Source: Balanoglossus misakiensis (taxonomy: Eukaryota; Animalia; Hemichordata). Taken from it: a DNA stretch of 64,000 nt. Where the stretch lies: assembly GCA_040954595.2 (NCBI GenBank), contig CM082596.2, positions 2,164,999 through 2,228,998 of the forward strand, read 5' to 3'. The translations under genes and the position numbers were made by a program. Of the stretch, positions 63,061 through 64,000 are shown piece by piece (the first letter of the stretch is position 1; every line of letters starts with the position of its first letter). The notes under the pieces were generated by a model that saw nothing but the letters and a program-made list of their open reading frames with translations, did no database searches and was not told the DNA's origin.

Positions 63061-63869
63061 GAGAATGATCTGTTTCATAAATTTCAAATGTGAGAAAAAA
63101 ATGACAATTCTGGGATTACCCGTATAGATTTTTTTCTTCTCAAATACCAGTGTATACAATTGAATATAGCATATATTGATTAATTGTTGGTGTTCTTTAA
63201 TTTGTCAATGATTATATTCTCTTTGAACTTTGAATGTAATAAAGATAGCAGAATGTACTAACACATTTTTATGGTTCTGGCCAATAATTGTATGTGTAGT
63301 CATCAGGCTGACATATTTTAGAGGATGCAGCAATGCAACCACTGGCTGCAAATTGCCCCCAAAGTAAAAGTCTCCATAAGATAAGAAACCTAACCATAGT
63401 TAATGTACACCACACATACCACACCACACAAGGTACAGTACACCAATATCTCTCTAAATAGGTCGCTTCTCAGTTTAAAAATATATGCTGGTATCAGCAA
63501 CTGACCCACTTAAAATGCTATTGTTCACTTTGATACACCATTAAATTATATGGGATTTTATTGTTAAGTTCTCACACTATGGATTGGCTGAAGTGATAGA
63601 CAAATTGACCAACCAGCGTAAGGAACATTCTATTTTCCACTTTGAAGGGGAACAGCTAGCTTCATGAAGCACAAGATTCCTTGAACTTGAAAGTTTTGGA
63701 GAAAAGACAGAAAGGGTCACAAGGTGTAAGCGGTCAGTGATGTCAGTGGGTTGAACACTTAACTGCACAAAGTATTTGCATTGTGCGACAAAAAGAAGAT
63801 GAATTTTTATGTCACTATTTAACATTTTGCAGTCTTACCTGTAAATTATGATTGGGCTCTAGAGATAAT

Positions 63870-63960
63870 TTTGTCATAAAATACATATCACAGTTTTCTG
63901 GTCTACTCCTTATTTTGTCATAAAATACATATCACAGTTTTCAGGTCTACTCCTTATTGT
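63870..63960. repeat. ~45-bp direct tandem duplication
   Basis: TTTGTCATAAAATACATATCACAGTTTTC(T/A)GGTCTACTCCTTATT is present twice. Confidence 0.8.
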
Positions 63961-64000
63961 ATCCTGAGAGATCATACAAAACAGTGTGATGTCACGTCTT

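Noticed and set aside
63577-63825. 82-aa minus-strand ORF near the window end
   Set aside because: No recognisable motif or convincing exon chain within the window. It could be a fragment of a neighbouring gene, but I cannot support that.

Overview
Eukaryotic, intron-rich genomic DNA from a marine invertebrate. Gene content suggests a non-vertebrate deuterostome such as an acorn worm, but this is an inference. From left to right: (1) about 11.6 kb of AT-rich 87/88-bp satellite in three layers, with a ~713-bp duplication at its inner edge; (2) five tandem, co-oriented transmembrane mucin genes (signal peptide, Thr/Ser-rich region, SEA, EGF, TM, cytoplasmic tail) with a shared exon/phase plan but different SEA cleavage loops; (3) a minus-strand gene with 11 coding exons that splices into a ~662-aa fusion of two bacterial-type Gfo/Idh/MocA NAD(P)-dependent oxidoreductases; (4) NDUFB3 head-to-head with a caspase-8/10-like gene (two DEDs, QACQG); (5) an i-type lysozyme with two N-terminal 8-Cys defensin-like modules. 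Item 3 is the most unusual feature: the join lies inside one exon and keeps the Met of the second unit, suggesting a horizontally acquired two-gene operon fragment that fused and gained introns. All gene models were spliced by hand from the sequence. No database searches were run, and family assignments rely on recognised motifs.
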